Part shown: piece after piece, positions 1-11,651 of the stretch
How positions within the stretch are numbered: position 1 is the first letter of the stretch
Layout: every line of letters begins with the position of its first letter
The notes under the pieces: model-generated
What the model saw: only the letters and a program-made list of their open reading frames with translations
Database searches by the model: none
Told to the model about the DNA's origin: nothing
Made by a program: the position numbers and the translations under genes
From: Mustelus asterias
Taxonomy: Eukaryota
Length of the DNA stretch: 34,200 nucleotides
Direction of reading: 5' to 3'
Assembly (NCBI RefSeq): GCF_964213995.1
Contig: NC_135808.1
Coordinates: 21,576,001-21,610,200 of the forward strand

Positions 1-312
1 TGCACTGCCGGAATGCTAGTCTTGAGTTCGTGCTGCACTGTCAGAGGGTCAGTAATGATGGAGTGCATGACGATTTGGTTAACTTTGGGTTTAATCATGA
101 GGGCAAGCTGTCTACACGTGACTTGTATTCTGAAAGTTTATGGGGTAAATATGGGGTAAAATGTTGAACATTTGCTTGTTTAGAGAGAGAGAGAAACTAT
201 TTCCCTTGCTGTGGAGTGTCCAGTACATTGAGGAATATACTTAAATTTGGAGACATCTATTCAAGGATGTAATTGGGTTACTATTATTTTTATTTATTCA
301 TGTCACAATTTT

Positions 313-1110
313 CATTTGGTTTATTATTGTCACTGTATTAGTATGCAGTGAAAAGTATTGTCTCTTGCACGCTATACAGACAAAGCACACCGTACATCGA
401 GAAGAAACTGAGAGAGTTCAGAATGTAACGTTACAGTCATAGCTGGGGTGCAGAGAAAGGTCAACTTAATGCAAGATAGGTCCATTCAAAAGTCTGACAG
501 CAGCAGGGAAGAAGCTGCTCTTGAGTCGGTTGGTACATGACCTCAGACTTTTGTATCTTTTTCCTGACAGAAGGAGGTGGAAGAGAGAATGTCCAGGGTG
601 CGTGGTGTCCTTAATTATTCTGGCTGCTTTTCCGAGGCAGCGGGATGTGTAGACAGAGTCAATGGATGGGAGGCTGGTTTGAGTGATGGACGGGGCTTCG
701 TTCGTGACCCTTTGTAGTTTCTTATGGTCTTGGACAGGGCAGGGGCCATACCAAACTGTGATACAATCAGAAAGAATGTTTTCTATGGCTCATCTGTAAA
801 TGTTGGTAAGAGTTGTAGTAGACATGCCAAATATCTTTAGTCTTCTGAGATAGTAGAGTTGTTGGTGGGCTTTCTTAACTATAGCAACAGTTTAGATGGA
901 CCAGGACAGGTTGATGGTGATCTGGACTCCCTAAAAACTTGAAGCAGTCGACCATTTCAACTTCGTTCCCGTTGATGTAGACAGGGGCATGTCCTCCACA
1001 ATGCTTCCCGAAGTCGATGACTATTTACTTCATTTTGTTGACATTGAGGGAGAGATTATTGTCATCGCACCAGTTCACCAGATTCTCTGTCTCTTTCCTG
1101 TACTCCGTCT
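313..1110 (-). mobile_element. Rex1/Babar-clade LINE, 5'-truncated 3' fragment
   Basis: Reverse complement matches the copy at 10855-11651 (RT C-terminal region, 3' UTR, degenerate aataataaa/tcaaa tail). Confidence 0.85.
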
Positions 1111-1114
1111 CCCC

Positions 1115-1400
1115 AGTAAGTAATGTAAGCAGGCTTACGTTAACACTGCAATGAAGTTACTGTGAAAATCCCCGAGTCGCCACACTCCGGCGTCTGTTCG
1201 GGTACACTGAGGGAGAATTTAGTATGGCCAATGCACCTACCTAGCACGTCTTTCAGACTGTGGGAGGAAACCGGAGCACCCGGAGGAAACCCACGCAGAA
1301 AGTATAAACTCCGCACAGACCGTTACCCAAGCCGGGAGTTGAACCCGGGTCCCTGGCGCTGTGAAGCAGCAGTGCTAACTACTGTGCCACCATGCTGCCC
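1115..1400 (-). mobile_element. HE1-type tRNA-derived V-SINE, variant with a different 3' tail
   Basis: tRNA-like head and V-domain core (gggtttcctccgggtgctccggtttcctcccaca) on the minus strand; the tail lacks the CR1-type end of the other copies. Confidence 0.85.
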
Positions 1401-1419
1401 TGAGTGAAGACCTGAAACT

Positions 1420-1615
1420 TTCTCCCCTAAGGTCTGTGGATTCTGGGAGTGAATTTTAGAGCTTTCGAGACTGACATTAGTAATTTGTAGTTTGGTGATG
1501 GCATCGAGGGATCTGGAGTAAATTTGGGAAAATGGAAATGAGTTTCACATTATTTGCGATCACCTTTAATGGTGAAGCAGGTTCGATGGGCTGAATGGCC
1601 TCCTCCGGTTCCAAT
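1420..1615 (+). mobile_element. Old CR1 LINE 3' end fragment
   Basis: Degenerate match to the CR1 end at 7220-7420 (aaatggaaatgag ... gatgggctgaatggcctcctcc). Confidence 0.65.
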
Positions 1616-1867
1616 GGATTCTGTCTCAGTTTCTCTCTCTCCCTATCTCTGAATCAACCATGAAATTTACTTCCAACCATTTCATAAACGGTTTGTGTTC
1701 AGCACCTGTCTGCTGTCCTGCGAGAGGTGTAAGGTCACACTGAATATGATTAATTCCTCAGAACAGTGAGGAGAATCTTTAATTGTCAGACTTATTAACA
1801 CAGTACTGACCTCTCCAGATTGGAGTTACGCCAACGCACACTTAGACTGGTAAACAATAGAAGCCAC

Positions 1868-2182
1868 AGAATTCCTACAGTGCAAAAGGGGGCCATTTGG
1901 CCCATCGAGTCTTCACTGACCACAATCCTATCTCGGCCCTATTCCTGTAACCCCACATATTTACCCTGCTCATCCGCTGACACTCGGGTCAATTTAGCAT
2001 GGCCAGTCACCGTAGCCTGCGCATCTTTGGACTGTGGGAGGAAACCGGAGCACCCGGAGGAAACCCACGCAGACACGGGGAGAATGTGGAAACTCCACAC
2101 AGACAGTGACCCTGGGCTGGAATTGAATCCAGGTCCCTGGTGCTGTGAGGCAGCAGTGCTAACCACTGTGCCAACGAGCTGC
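1868..2182 (-). mobile_element. HE1-type V-SINE
   Basis: Head, core and CR1-like tail match the other copies. Confidence 0.9.
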
Positions 2183-2184
2183 CC

Positions 2185-2322
2185 AACAATCAACAATGGT
2201 CTCATGGGTCATCATTAGACTTTTAACTGCAGACTTTTTTTTATCCACCCTGGTGGGATTCGAACCCAGTTCCCAGAGCATTACCAGCCCAGTGACAATG
2301 CCACCATGCCACTGTCTCCCCT
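2185..2322 (-). mobile_element. Second tRNA-derived SINE family, 5' part
   Basis: B-box-like gggttcgaatccc on the minus strand; similar to 27150-27300. Confidence 0.65.
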
Positions 2323-2370
2323 TAAATCAGTTGGTGTGAAAGACAGAAACCAGAGTAATACAGAACAGCC

Positions 2371-2731
2371 GGGTGATTTGGGATGAGTTAATGTGTGAAT
2401 GTTTAACATAATAAATGATATGTTTATTACGAACTGTGTTTGCAGTTTTCATTTATCTGGGTGATTTGGGATCAGTTAATGTGTGAGTGAATGTTTCACA
2501 TAATGAATGATGCTGTTTATTCATATCTGGATTTGCAGTTTTCATTGAACTGGGTGATCTGGGATCAGTCGTTGTGTGTGAATGTTTAAGATGCTGAACG
2601 ATGTTGTTTGTTAATAACTGTTTCCAATTTTCATTAAACTGGGTGTCTTGCAGTGAGTTAATGTGTGAGAGAATGTTCAACTTAATGAATGATATGTTTA
2701 TCAATAACTGGGTTTCCTGCTTTCATTCATC
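2371..2731. repeat. Diverged tandem repeat, 4 copies of ~90 bp
   Basis: Units begin gggtg at 2371, 2459, 2552 and 2641 and share tgtgtga...gaatgtt...tttcatt. Confidence 0.85.
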
Positions 2732-2756
2732 TCAGTGCTTCAGGATGAGTTTCGTC

Positions 2757-3043
2757 GAACCCCTGCAGTCCAGGAAGAGGCCATTCGGCCCATCCCGCCT
2801 GCATTGACTGCAATCCCATCCAAGCCCTATTCCCGTAACCCCACATATTTACACTGCTGATCCCCTGACGCATGGCCAACCTAATCCGCACATCTTTGGA
2901 CTGTGGGAGGAAACCGGAGCACCTGGAGGAAACCCACGCAGACACGGGGAGAAAGTACAAACTCCACACGGACAGGGACCCGAGGCCAGATTCGAACCCA
3001 GGTCCCTGGCCCTGCGAAGCAGCAGTGCTAACCACTGTGCCAC
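2757..3043 (-). mobile_element. HE1-type V-SINE
   Basis: Core and tail match the other copies. Confidence 0.9.
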
Positions 3044-3539
3044 TGAGCTGTGGTTCCATTTGTGTCACTTGCTCCCAGACTGGGAATGAGACCTTGCAGA
3101 ATAATGGCAACGAGGGAAGGAGAGAAAGAGATGGGGAAGAGCTGAGGAGCGGGAGAATGGGGAAAGAAAGGTGTGCTGCAGCGTTTGTGAATTGTTCATT
3201 GACCGAGCCAGGCGAGTGAGAGAAGTGGAAAAAAAATCTTCTTGACATCTGTGTGTTGTAGGTTACAAAGCCCAACACTAACAGTCACCAGGGAACTGCT
3301 GTCAGAAAGAGATTGGAAACACTGATGACATTATATTGATGTTCCTGTCGCTGGGCAGGAGATGAAGAGAGGGAAATGTTCTTGATGCTCTTTTCAATCT
3401 TCTCTAGTACACAGCCCACTAATTACTGGGAGAGTCGTGACCCCGATCTGACAGGATTTTAAAAACCAGAATGCAGGATTTGACATCCTGTCGATGCCCT
3501 TTGAACTTTGAATCCTTGGAGCAGTGCAGATGGTGTCAT

Positions 3540-3910
3540 CAATCCCACTACGACGCTCACCAGATTTTACAGATGCACCACAGAAAGCATCCTATCCAGA
3601 TGCATCAGAGCTCGGTATGGCTCCTGCTCTAACCAAGACCGCAAGAAATTACAGAGAGTTGTGAACAGAGTCCAGTCCATCACGCAAACCAGCCTGCCAT
3701 CCATTGACTCTGTCTACACTTCCCGCAGCAAGAAGTCTCACAACACCAGGTTGTTTATTAAGTTTATTTGGTAGCACAAGCCACAAGCTTTCGGAGTGCT
3801 CTGAAAGCAATGTACTCTTTGGACGGTATGTTTTGCATGTGTAGAAAGCAAGAGACAATACTTTTCAATGTATTCCAATACATCTGACAATAATAAATCA
3901 AATTAAATCA
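3540..3910 (+). mobile_element. Rex1/Babar LINE 3' fragment with an internal deletion at a Penelope pLTR remnant
   Basis: ORF 3508 contains LTRFYRCTTESILSRCI...QSITQTSLPSIDSVYTSR; tail tgacaataataaatcaa. Confidence 0.85.
3729..3808 (-). mobile_element. Penelope (Neptune-type) pLTR remnant
   Basis: aagaagtctcacaacaccaggtt...tttatttggtagcacaagccacaagctttcggag, as at 16545-16615. Confidence 0.8.
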
Positions 3911-4034
3911 AGTCCCATGAATGAATATAAAAAAATACATCCACAGTGCTGTTAGGAAGGGAATTCTTAAATCTACCTGGTGAAGCCCTGAAGTGGCCAA
4001 TTATTCAGCACTTAAGTCTCCTGTGTCACCATGA

Positions 4035-4390
4035 GGGCAGCACAGTGGCACAGTGCTTAACACTGCTGCCTCACAGCACCAGGGACCTGGGTTCAATTCC
4101 AGCCTTAGATGACTGTCTGTGTGGAGTTTGCACGTTCTCCACGTGGGTTTTCTCCGGGTGCTCCAGTTTCCTCCCACACTCCAACGATGTGCAGTTTGGG
4201 TGGATTGGCCATGCTAAATTGGCCCTTAGTGTCCCAAGATGTGGAGATGAGGGGGAGGAGTGGGATAAATGTGTGAGGTTACGGGAACAAGGCAGCGGGG
4301 ACGGCTTGGGTAAGATGCTCTGTCGGAGAGTTGGTGCAGACTCGATGGGCCGAATAGCTTCCTTCTGCACTAAGGAGGTATTCTATGATA
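4035..4390 (+). mobile_element. HE1-type V-SINE
   Basis: Head ggcagcacagtggcacagtg, core and CR1-like tail. Confidence 0.9.
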
Positions 4391-4469
4391 ATATACTGGC
4401 TGGTGGAAGATGGACTAGATTGGGCAGGCCATAATTTGACCAAAAGGGTAGAAATTAAGGGGTTAGCCC

Positions 4470-4610
4470 CCTTGTGGGATCTTGCTGTGCACAAATTGCC
4501 TGCCGAGTTTCCACATCGGAAAAGTGACCATTCATCAAAAATATTTCTATTGAGGAACGCTGGGACGTCCTGAGGTGATGAAAGGTACTGTAGGTCTGTC
4601 TTCCTCTTCT
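4470..4610 (+). mobile_element. SacSINE1/AmnSINE1-like (DeuSINE) 3' tail
   Basis: ttgtgggatcttgctgtgcacaaattg...gggacgtcctgagg..tgaaagg, recognised as the DeuSINE 3' region. Confidence 0.65.
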
Positions 4611-4714
4611 GTTGACCATTACAATGATTGATCTCCATCAATCGTCCTCTAAAAGCCCAGACAGGAGGTAAGGATAATCCTGGTTCAGGGAGCCATCGGC
4701 CCAATCTTTTCCTT

Positions 4715-4890
4715 TATTTGGTTGTGGTACATGGGCGTCGCTGGCTGGTCAGCGTTTATTGCCCATCCCCAGTTACCCTTGAAATGAGTGGCTTGGAGAC
4801 CATTTCAGAGGGCAGTTGAGGGTCAACTATATCGCTGTGGCTCTGGAGTCACATGTCGGCCAGACCTGGCAAGGACTGACCAGTTCCTCC
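4715..4890 (-). mobile_element. Second SINE family, 3' part
   Basis: tgggcgtcgctggctg...tttattgcccatccc...ctggagtcacatgt matches 26985-27110. Confidence 0.75.
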
Positions 4891-5009
4891 CAAAAATACT
4901 CCACTCTTCACATGTCCTGTCTCCAATGACTCAGACGGTGGAGCCTAAAATGTTATCCTCTGGGAGAAATCTCTCCAATTTACAGTTCAACGAACCAATA
5001 CTAAACAGT

Positions 5010-5178
5010 TCCAAAGATGTGCGGGTTAGGTGGATTGGCTATGCTAAATTGCCCCTTAGTGTCGGGGGGATTTGTAGGGTAAATGCATGGGATTGTGGGG
5101 GTAGGGCTTGTTGTCGGTGCAGGCTCGATGGGCCAAGTGGCCTCCTTCTGCACTGTAGGGATTCTATGATTCCATGAT
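5010..5178 (+). mobile_element. HE1-type SINE, 3' half
   Basis: ccaaagatgtgcgggttagg...ctgcactgtagggattctatgatt. Confidence 0.85.
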
Positions 5179-5184
5179 TAACTC

Positions 5185-5460
5185 CTGCAATCTCCCGAGG
5201 GAGGCTGTTCCAGACACTGACCACTCTCTCAGTGATATTCTTCTCTCCCCGGGTTGGATTTGAAATTTCTCCCTTCAAGTGCAGGCCGTGTCCTCTGGTC
5301 CCTCTGTTCTGGACAAGGTTAGACAGCTGGACATGGCCGACATCATCCAGTCTCTCGGAAATGTTCAGAACAGCTGGCATGAAAGTCGCAAACTGCCTCG
5401 AGCTTCGAAGACAAACAAGGTCGAGGATGTTCAGTGTGAACAACACTGTGATCAGATCCC
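5185..5460 (-). mobile_element. Highly diverged CR1-like ORF2 C-terminal fragment
   Basis: Translation contains RGTRGHGLHLKG...ERVVSVWNSLP, matching TRGHSLRIKG...QRVVGLWNSLP of the CR1 at 6159. Confidence 0.7.
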
Positions 5461-5933
5461 ATCATATCAAAGGATAAAACAAGCAAAGTGCCGTCGCAAC
5501 AGGAGGAAAATGAACGGGGTGAGAAAGTCTGGAGCAGTGACAGAGACATTTGGAAATGTTCATTCAGTCCCCAGGACTGGTTTAGTCGCAAAAGCCCACA
5601 CTCTGTAAATGACCAAACAATCAGTCCGGGGATAAGAAAAGTGAAATGATTGGAGACTCGAGTGGAAACAATTCCAGCGTTTATTAAATTTTAAAAAGGA
5701 TTAGAGATAAATAATGAATAAACTGTGTGTCGAATGCTGTTTGACCTTCAGATCAGCACGACACTGTCTGAGGATTTCACTAAAAAACTTTCATTGAAGT
5801 CTCCAATTGTCTTCCCAAAATCATCAATTTCAGACACAGCTCAAGATTCGGATCCTGAGATCAGAACAGAGGGAAATCTGGACAGATGGTTAACATGTAC
5901 AGGGGAGAAAAACAAGAATTGTATTTCTGTAGA

Positions 5934-7565
5934 GGGCAGTGCGGTTGTTCGCACTGCTGCCTCACTGCGCCACGGACCCGGGTTCAATTCCGGCCTCGGG
6001 TCACTGTCTGTGTGGAGTTTGCTCGTTCTCCCCGTGTCTGCATGAGTTTCCTCCGGGTGCTCCGGTTTCCTCCCACAGTCCAAAGATGTGCGGGTTAGGT
6101 TGATTGGCCATACTAAATTGCCCCTTAGTGTCCCGGGACACTAAGGGGCAATTTAGTAAGGGGAGGTCGTGCCTGACAAACCTGTTAGAGTTCTTTGAAG
6201 AGATAACAAATAGGTTAGACCAAGGAGAGCCAATGGATGTTATCTATCTTGACTTCCAAAAGGCCTTTGACAAGGTGCCTCACAGGAGACTGCTGAGTAA
6301 AATAAGGGCCCATGGTATTCGAGGCAAGGTACTAACATGGATTGACGATTGGCTGTCAGACAGAAGGCAGAGAGTTGGGATAAAAGGTTCTTTCTCAGAA
6401 TGGCAACCGGTGACAAGTGGTGTCCCGCAGGGTTCAGTGTTGGGGCCACAGCTGTTCTCTTTATATATTAACGATCTAGATGACGGGACTGGGAGCATTC
6501 TGGCCAAGTTTGCCGATGATACAAAGATAGGTGGAGGGGCAGGTAGTATTGAGGAGGTGGGGAGGCTGCAGAAAGATTTAGACAGTTTAGGAGAGTGGTC
6601 CAAGAAGTGGCTGATGAAATTCAACGTGGGCAAGTGCGAGGTCGTACACTTTGGAAAAAAGAATAGAGGCATGGACTATTTTCTAAACGGTGACAAAATT
6701 CATAATGCTAAAGTGCAAAGGGACTTGGGAGTCCTAGTCCAGGATTCTCTAAAGGTAAACTTGCAGGTTGAGTCCGTAATTAAGAAAGCAAATGTAATGT
6801 TGTCATTTATCTCAAGAGGCTTGGAATACAAAAGCAGGGATGTACTTCTGAGGCTTTATAAAGCACTGGTTAGGCCCCATTTGGAGTACTGTGAGCAATT
6901 TTGGGCCCCACACCTCAGGAAGGACATACTGGCACTGGAGCGGGTCCAGTGGAGATTCACACGGATGATCCCAGGAATGGTAGGCCTGGCATACGATGAA
7001 CGTCTGAGGATCGTGGGATTATATTCATTGGAGTTTAGGAGGTTGAGGGGAGATCTGATAGAAACTTACAAGATAATGAACGGCTTAGATAGGATGGACG
7101 TAGGGAAGTTGTTTCCATTAACAGGGGAGACTAGGACGCGGGGGCACAGCCTTAGAATAAAAGGGAGTCACTTTAGAACAGAGATGAGGAGAAATTTCTT
7201 CAGCCAGAGAGTGGTGGGTCTGTGGAATTCATTGCCACAGAGGGCTGTGGAGGCCGAGACGTTGAGCGTCTTCAAGACAGAAATTGATAAATTCTTGATT
7301 TCTCGAGGAATTAAGGGCTATGGGGAGAGAGCGGGTAAATGGAGTTGAAATCAACCATGATTGAATGGTGGAGTGGACTCGATGGGCCGAATGGCCTTAC
7401 TTCCGCTCCTATGTCTTATGGTCTTATGGGACGTGGAGGTTAGAAGGATTAGCGGGGTACATATGTGTGATTGTGGGGATAGGGCCTGGGGTGGGATTGT
7501 GGTCGGTGCAGACTCGATGGGCTGAATGGCCTCCTTCTGCACTGTAGGGATTCTATAATTTTATG
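5934..7565 (+). mobile_element. HE1-type SINE split by a CR1 insertion (SINE parts 5934-6139 and ~7428-7565)
   Basis: Head and core precede the CR1; the SINE resumes gggacgtggaggttagaaggattagc after the CR1 tail. Confidence 0.8.
6159..7427 (+). mobile_element. CR1 LINE, 5'-truncated, uninterrupted ORF2 RT/C-terminal frame
   Basis: KGRSCLTNL, LDFQKAFDKV, GVPQGSVLGP, FADD, TRGH, WNSLP; stop at 7348; tail cttatggtcttatgg. Confidence 0.95.
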
Positions 7566-7667
7566 ATAGTTGCACCAACAGAATGTGGCCTGATCACAAA
7601 TCCCTGGATCCCCTTTTTAGGTTCAGAGATAGGAATCTGAAACTGTTTGAGGAATCAAACGGTGACA

Positions 7668-7890
7668 ATTCTCCACGTATCTGCTTAGGTTTCCTCCGGG
7701 TGCTCCGGTTTCCTCCCACGGTCCAAAGATGTGTGAGTTCGATTGATTGGCCATGATAAATTGACCCTCAGTGTTCGGGGTATTAGTAGGGTAAATGAGG
7801 GTTACGGGAATAGGGCCTGGGATTGTGGTCAGTACAGACTTGATGGGCCGAATTGTCTCCTGCTGTAGGGATTCTACCCTATGATTCCAC
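7668..7890 (+). mobile_element. HE1-type SINE, headless
   Basis: Core and tail match. Confidence 0.85.
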
Positions 7891-8575
7891 ATGGCCTTTC
7901 ACAACCACAGCACATTTCATAGTGATTCAGCACTGATGAAAGAGCTTTTTTAAAGTTGAGGCCGCAATTTTATGTGTGTGCCAGTCGCATATCACTCTAA
8001 TCCGGGAAAATTGCGTGTGGGCACCAACACGTTTGCAACCTTCCCAATCCCTTTCTGTTGATGCGAACCGGTTCTCACCCAAAAAGGGCGTGAGGCAGGT
8101 TAACATGAGATTGATTTGATTTCATCCCAGTTTCCGGAATGTTCCCACCTCACTCCCAGCGGGAAATCACACAGGCGCAAATCATTACTGGTCCCTGGAA
8201 GTGTGGTCAAGATGCCATGGATGGGGAGAGAGAGCGGGGAGGCGAGTCCTGCTTAGCGCTAACCTCTAGGGTACAAAAGGGCAAGTCAGCCTCTGCCATG
8301 GTGCGGGGTGGGGGGGCCTTCGCGGGTGCAGAGACGGGAGGGGAGCGTGGGGGGAGGCTTGGCTGGGCTGAAGGTCCACGGGTTAGGGGTCCCACCGCTG
8401 GGTTGGGTCTCATGCGGTGAGTATTCTCACTGGCTACTGAGACGCCCTTGAGAGACTGCCTATGATGTCAATTGCAAAGCCCACTGATGTCACACTGGTT
8501 ACCCTGCTGGATCGGCTCTGTGGTTTCGTTTTTTGACATTCCATCCCAGGCTCCACTAACAGTTACAAACACCAG

Positions 8576-8701
8576 TACCAGAATTTTACCGTCTCGCTCA
8601 TCCCAGGCTCGCAAGATCCCACCCGAGGCCAACGGAGAATGCCATTCTACGAGCCTCGCCCGCCCCGATTCCAGAGCGGGCATGTCGGTAAAATTCCAGC
8701 A
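8576..8701. mobile_element. MITE (probably PIF/Harbinger-type non-autonomous element)
   Basis: TIR core gaattttaccg / cggtaaaattc; 3-bp flanking duplication cag; internal sequence shared with 18664-18776. Confidence 0.7.
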
Positions 8702-9009
8702 CAGGTCTGCCAGTTGTTACCTCAATCAAGGGAGCTTGTCAGAACAATTCTTCATACTGCATCAACTGAAGTGCTTCCGACACTGAGCACCATAATGTCT
8801 AATTGCATGGACGGAGGGTTCTTTCTTCAGTCTGAGCTGCGTGCTATTCCTGGAGGCGGGTTTGCACCAGACGCCCAGTTGGCTACCCCCAGAAGTCATA
8901 CTTCAAGCATTCCCCAAAGAGGGCCTTCTCACAACCACTCTCATTGTCCACATGAGCGCCACAGAACTCAGGCAAATCTCTGCCACACGCTGATGCCAAT
9001 AGCCAAGGT

Positions 9010-9335
9010 TGGCACGGTGGCACAGTGGTTAGCACTGATGCCTCACAGCGCCAGGGACCCGGGTTCAAATCCGGCCTCAGGTCACTGTCTGTGTGGAGTT
9101 TGCACATTCTCCTCGTGTCTGCATGGGTTTCCTCCGGGTGCTCCGGTTTCCTCCCACAATCCAAAGATGTGCCGGTTAGGTGGATTGGCCATGCTCAATT
9201 GCCCCTTGGTGTCAGGGGGACAAGTTAGGGTAAATGCATGGGGTAATGGGGATAGGGTCTGGTGGGATTGTGGTCAATGCAGAGTCGATGGGCTGAATGG
9301 CCTCCTTCTGCACTGTATGATTCTCTGACTTGATT
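9010..9335 (+). mobile_element. HE1-type V-SINE
   Basis: Full head, core and tail. Confidence 0.9.
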
Positions 9336-9767
9336 CTATTCTATGCAGTTGCCGCCCTTGCAGTGTTGGCCTTGGTGACACTCAATGACAGCACTATCCC
9401 CTGCGCCTGAAGGCTGTGGGACTCCTCCAAGTGGCCTTGCAATTACCAGAATGTTGCTGACAACCCTTCCTGAAGTTCCCGGCTCTGCCTCTGCACCTCC
9501 AGCTGCTTTGGGAGAACCTTTCCCAGCTGACCGACACCTGGCTGGGGGCCAGCCATTTCCTGGGAAGCAGAAGACCTCCTCCTGCCTGATCCCCAATCCC
9601 TTGGACCTTCCTGCCTCCACCTGATGTGCAGCTGCGTGGTGCTCACCAGATAGTGACCCTGAAGCCTGTCCGCTAATTCCTCCCACTGAGGCATGTGTCT
9701 TTGCTCAGAGCTTTCCACTGGGTTGCTGCCAGGGGTTGGGGGAGAATGGGGGGATGGGGGTGGTGGG

Positions 9768-10101
9768 GTCTACACTTCCCCCTGTCTCGGCAAAGCAGCC
9801 AGCATAATTAAGGACCCCACGCACCCCGGACATTCTCTCTTCCACCTTCTTCCGTCGGGAAAATAGTACAAAAGTCTAAGGTCACATACCAACCGACTCA
9901 AGAACAGCTTCTTCCCTGCTGCTGTCAGACTTTTGAATGGACCTACCTCGCATTAAGTTGATCTTTCTGTACATCCTAGCTATGACTGTAACACTACATT
10001 CTGCACTCTCTCGTTTCCTTCTCTATGAACGGTATGCGCAAGAAACAATACTTTTCACTGTATGTTAGTACATGTGACAATAATAAATCAAATCAAATCA
10101 A
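9768..10101 (+). mobile_element. Rex1/Babar LINE 3' end
   Basis: Matches 11294-11645; (tcaaa)n tail. Confidence 0.9.
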
Positions 10102-10207
10102 AGGCTTGGGATGAGAAAAATATCAGCCATGATTGAATGGTGGGGTAGACTCGATGGGCCGAATGGCCTAATTCTGCTCCTATGTCGTATGGTGTTAATG
10201 GTCTTAT
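10102..10207 (+). mobile_element. CR1 3' UTR fragment
   Basis: atcagccatgattgaatggtgg...gatgggccgaatggcct...ctcctatgt matches 7350-7415. Confidence 0.75.
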
Positions 10208-10537
10208 AGGCTCAGGGAGTGATGGGAGGGGACAGGACAGATGGCATATGTCAGCACTGTGCCTGGACAGGAATGAGCAGTGACGAGGGATGCCAGAGGG
10301 ATTTGAGAACGATTCCAAGAAGCAATTCTTATTTTTTCCTGGGACATTTCGATACTTTTATTTCTAATCAAAAAAAGCCAATTCAAATTCAGGCCAATCA
10401 TGGTCCCCACAGAAGAACAAACCAGATCCAAGCTGACAAGACAAGACAAGACTTTGCATCCCACCTTGGGCTCGATCCAACAAGATCCAAGCTGACGGGA
10501 TGAGGCATTGCACCCACTCCCGGGCTTGACTTCATTT

Positions 10538-10855
10538 TAGAATCATAGAACCCATACTGTGCAGATGGAGGCCCATCGAGTCTGCACCCACTCTCCAAAA
10601 GAGCATCCCACCCAGGCCCTATCCCCGTAACCCCACATATTTACCCCGCCAATCCTCCCAACATACATATCTTTGGACACTAATTGACAATTTAGAATGG
10701 CCAATCAACCTTTGGACTGTGGGAGGAAACCAGAGCACCCGGAGGAAGCCCACACAGATACAGGGAGAACATACAAACTCCACACAGACAGTGACCCAAG
10801 GCCAGATTGAAACCCATGTCCCGATGAGGCAGCAGTGCTAACCACTGTGCCACCA
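10538..10855 (-). mobile_element. HE1-type V-SINE
   Basis: Core and tail match. Confidence 0.9.
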
Positions 10856-11651
10856 GGAATGGAGAATCTGGTGAACTGGTGCGGCAACAATAATCTCTCC
10901 CTCAATGTCAACAAAACGAAGGAGATTGTCATCGACTTCAGGAAGCGTAAAGGAGAACATGTCGCTGTCGACATCAATGGGAACAAAGTGGAAAGGACTG
11001 AGAGCTTCATATTTTTAGGTGTCCAGATCACCAACAACCTGTCCTGGTCCCCCCATTCCAACACTAGAGTTAAGAGACCCCACCAACGCCTTTACTTTCT
11101 CAGAAGACTAAGGAAATTTGGCATGTTAGCTACGACTCTGACCAACTTTTACAGATGCACCATAGAAAGCATTCTTTCTGGTTGTATCACAGCTTGGTAT
11201 GGCTCCTGCTCTGCCCAAGACAGCAAGAAACAACAAAATGTCATGAATGTAGCCCAATCCATCACGCAAACCAGCCTCCCATCCATTGACTCTGTCTACA
11301 CTTCCCGCTGCCTCAGCGAAGCAGCCAGCATAATTAAGGACCCCACGCACCACGGTCATTCTCTCTTCCGCCTTCTTCATTCGGGAAAAAGATACAAAAG
11401 TCTGAGGTCACGTACCAACCGACTCAAGAACAGCTTCTTCCTTGCTGCTGTCAGACTTTTGAATGGACCTACTTTGCATTAAGTTGATCTTTCTCTCCAC
11501 CCTAGCTATGACTGTAACACTACATTCTGCACTCTCTCAATTCCTTCTCTATGAATGGTATGTTTTGTCTGTATAGCGTGCAAGAAACAATACTTTTCAC
11601 TGTATGATAATACATGTGACAATAATAAATCAAATCAAATCAAAATCAAAA
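10855..11651 (+). mobile_element. Rex1/Babar LINE 3' fragment with open RT C-terminal frame
   Basis: WCGNNNLSLNVNKTKEIVIDFRK...FLGVQITNNLSW...QRLYFLRRLRKF...FYRCTIESIL; (tcaaa)n tail. Confidence 0.92.

Noticed and set aside
1819-1849. Possible 31-nt micro-exon (ccag|attgg...gactg|gtaaac)
   Set aside because: Weak donor, short pyrimidine tract and no recognisable peptide or partner exons.
7960-9720. GC-rich tract possibly from a decayed Harbinger-type element
   Set aside because: No transposase motif or matching terminal repeats could be identified by eye; only the internal MITE is supported.
10424-10530. Two-copy ~59-bp direct repeat (agatccaagctgac...ttgca.ccca)
   Set aside because: Real, but a simple local duplication with no further structure.
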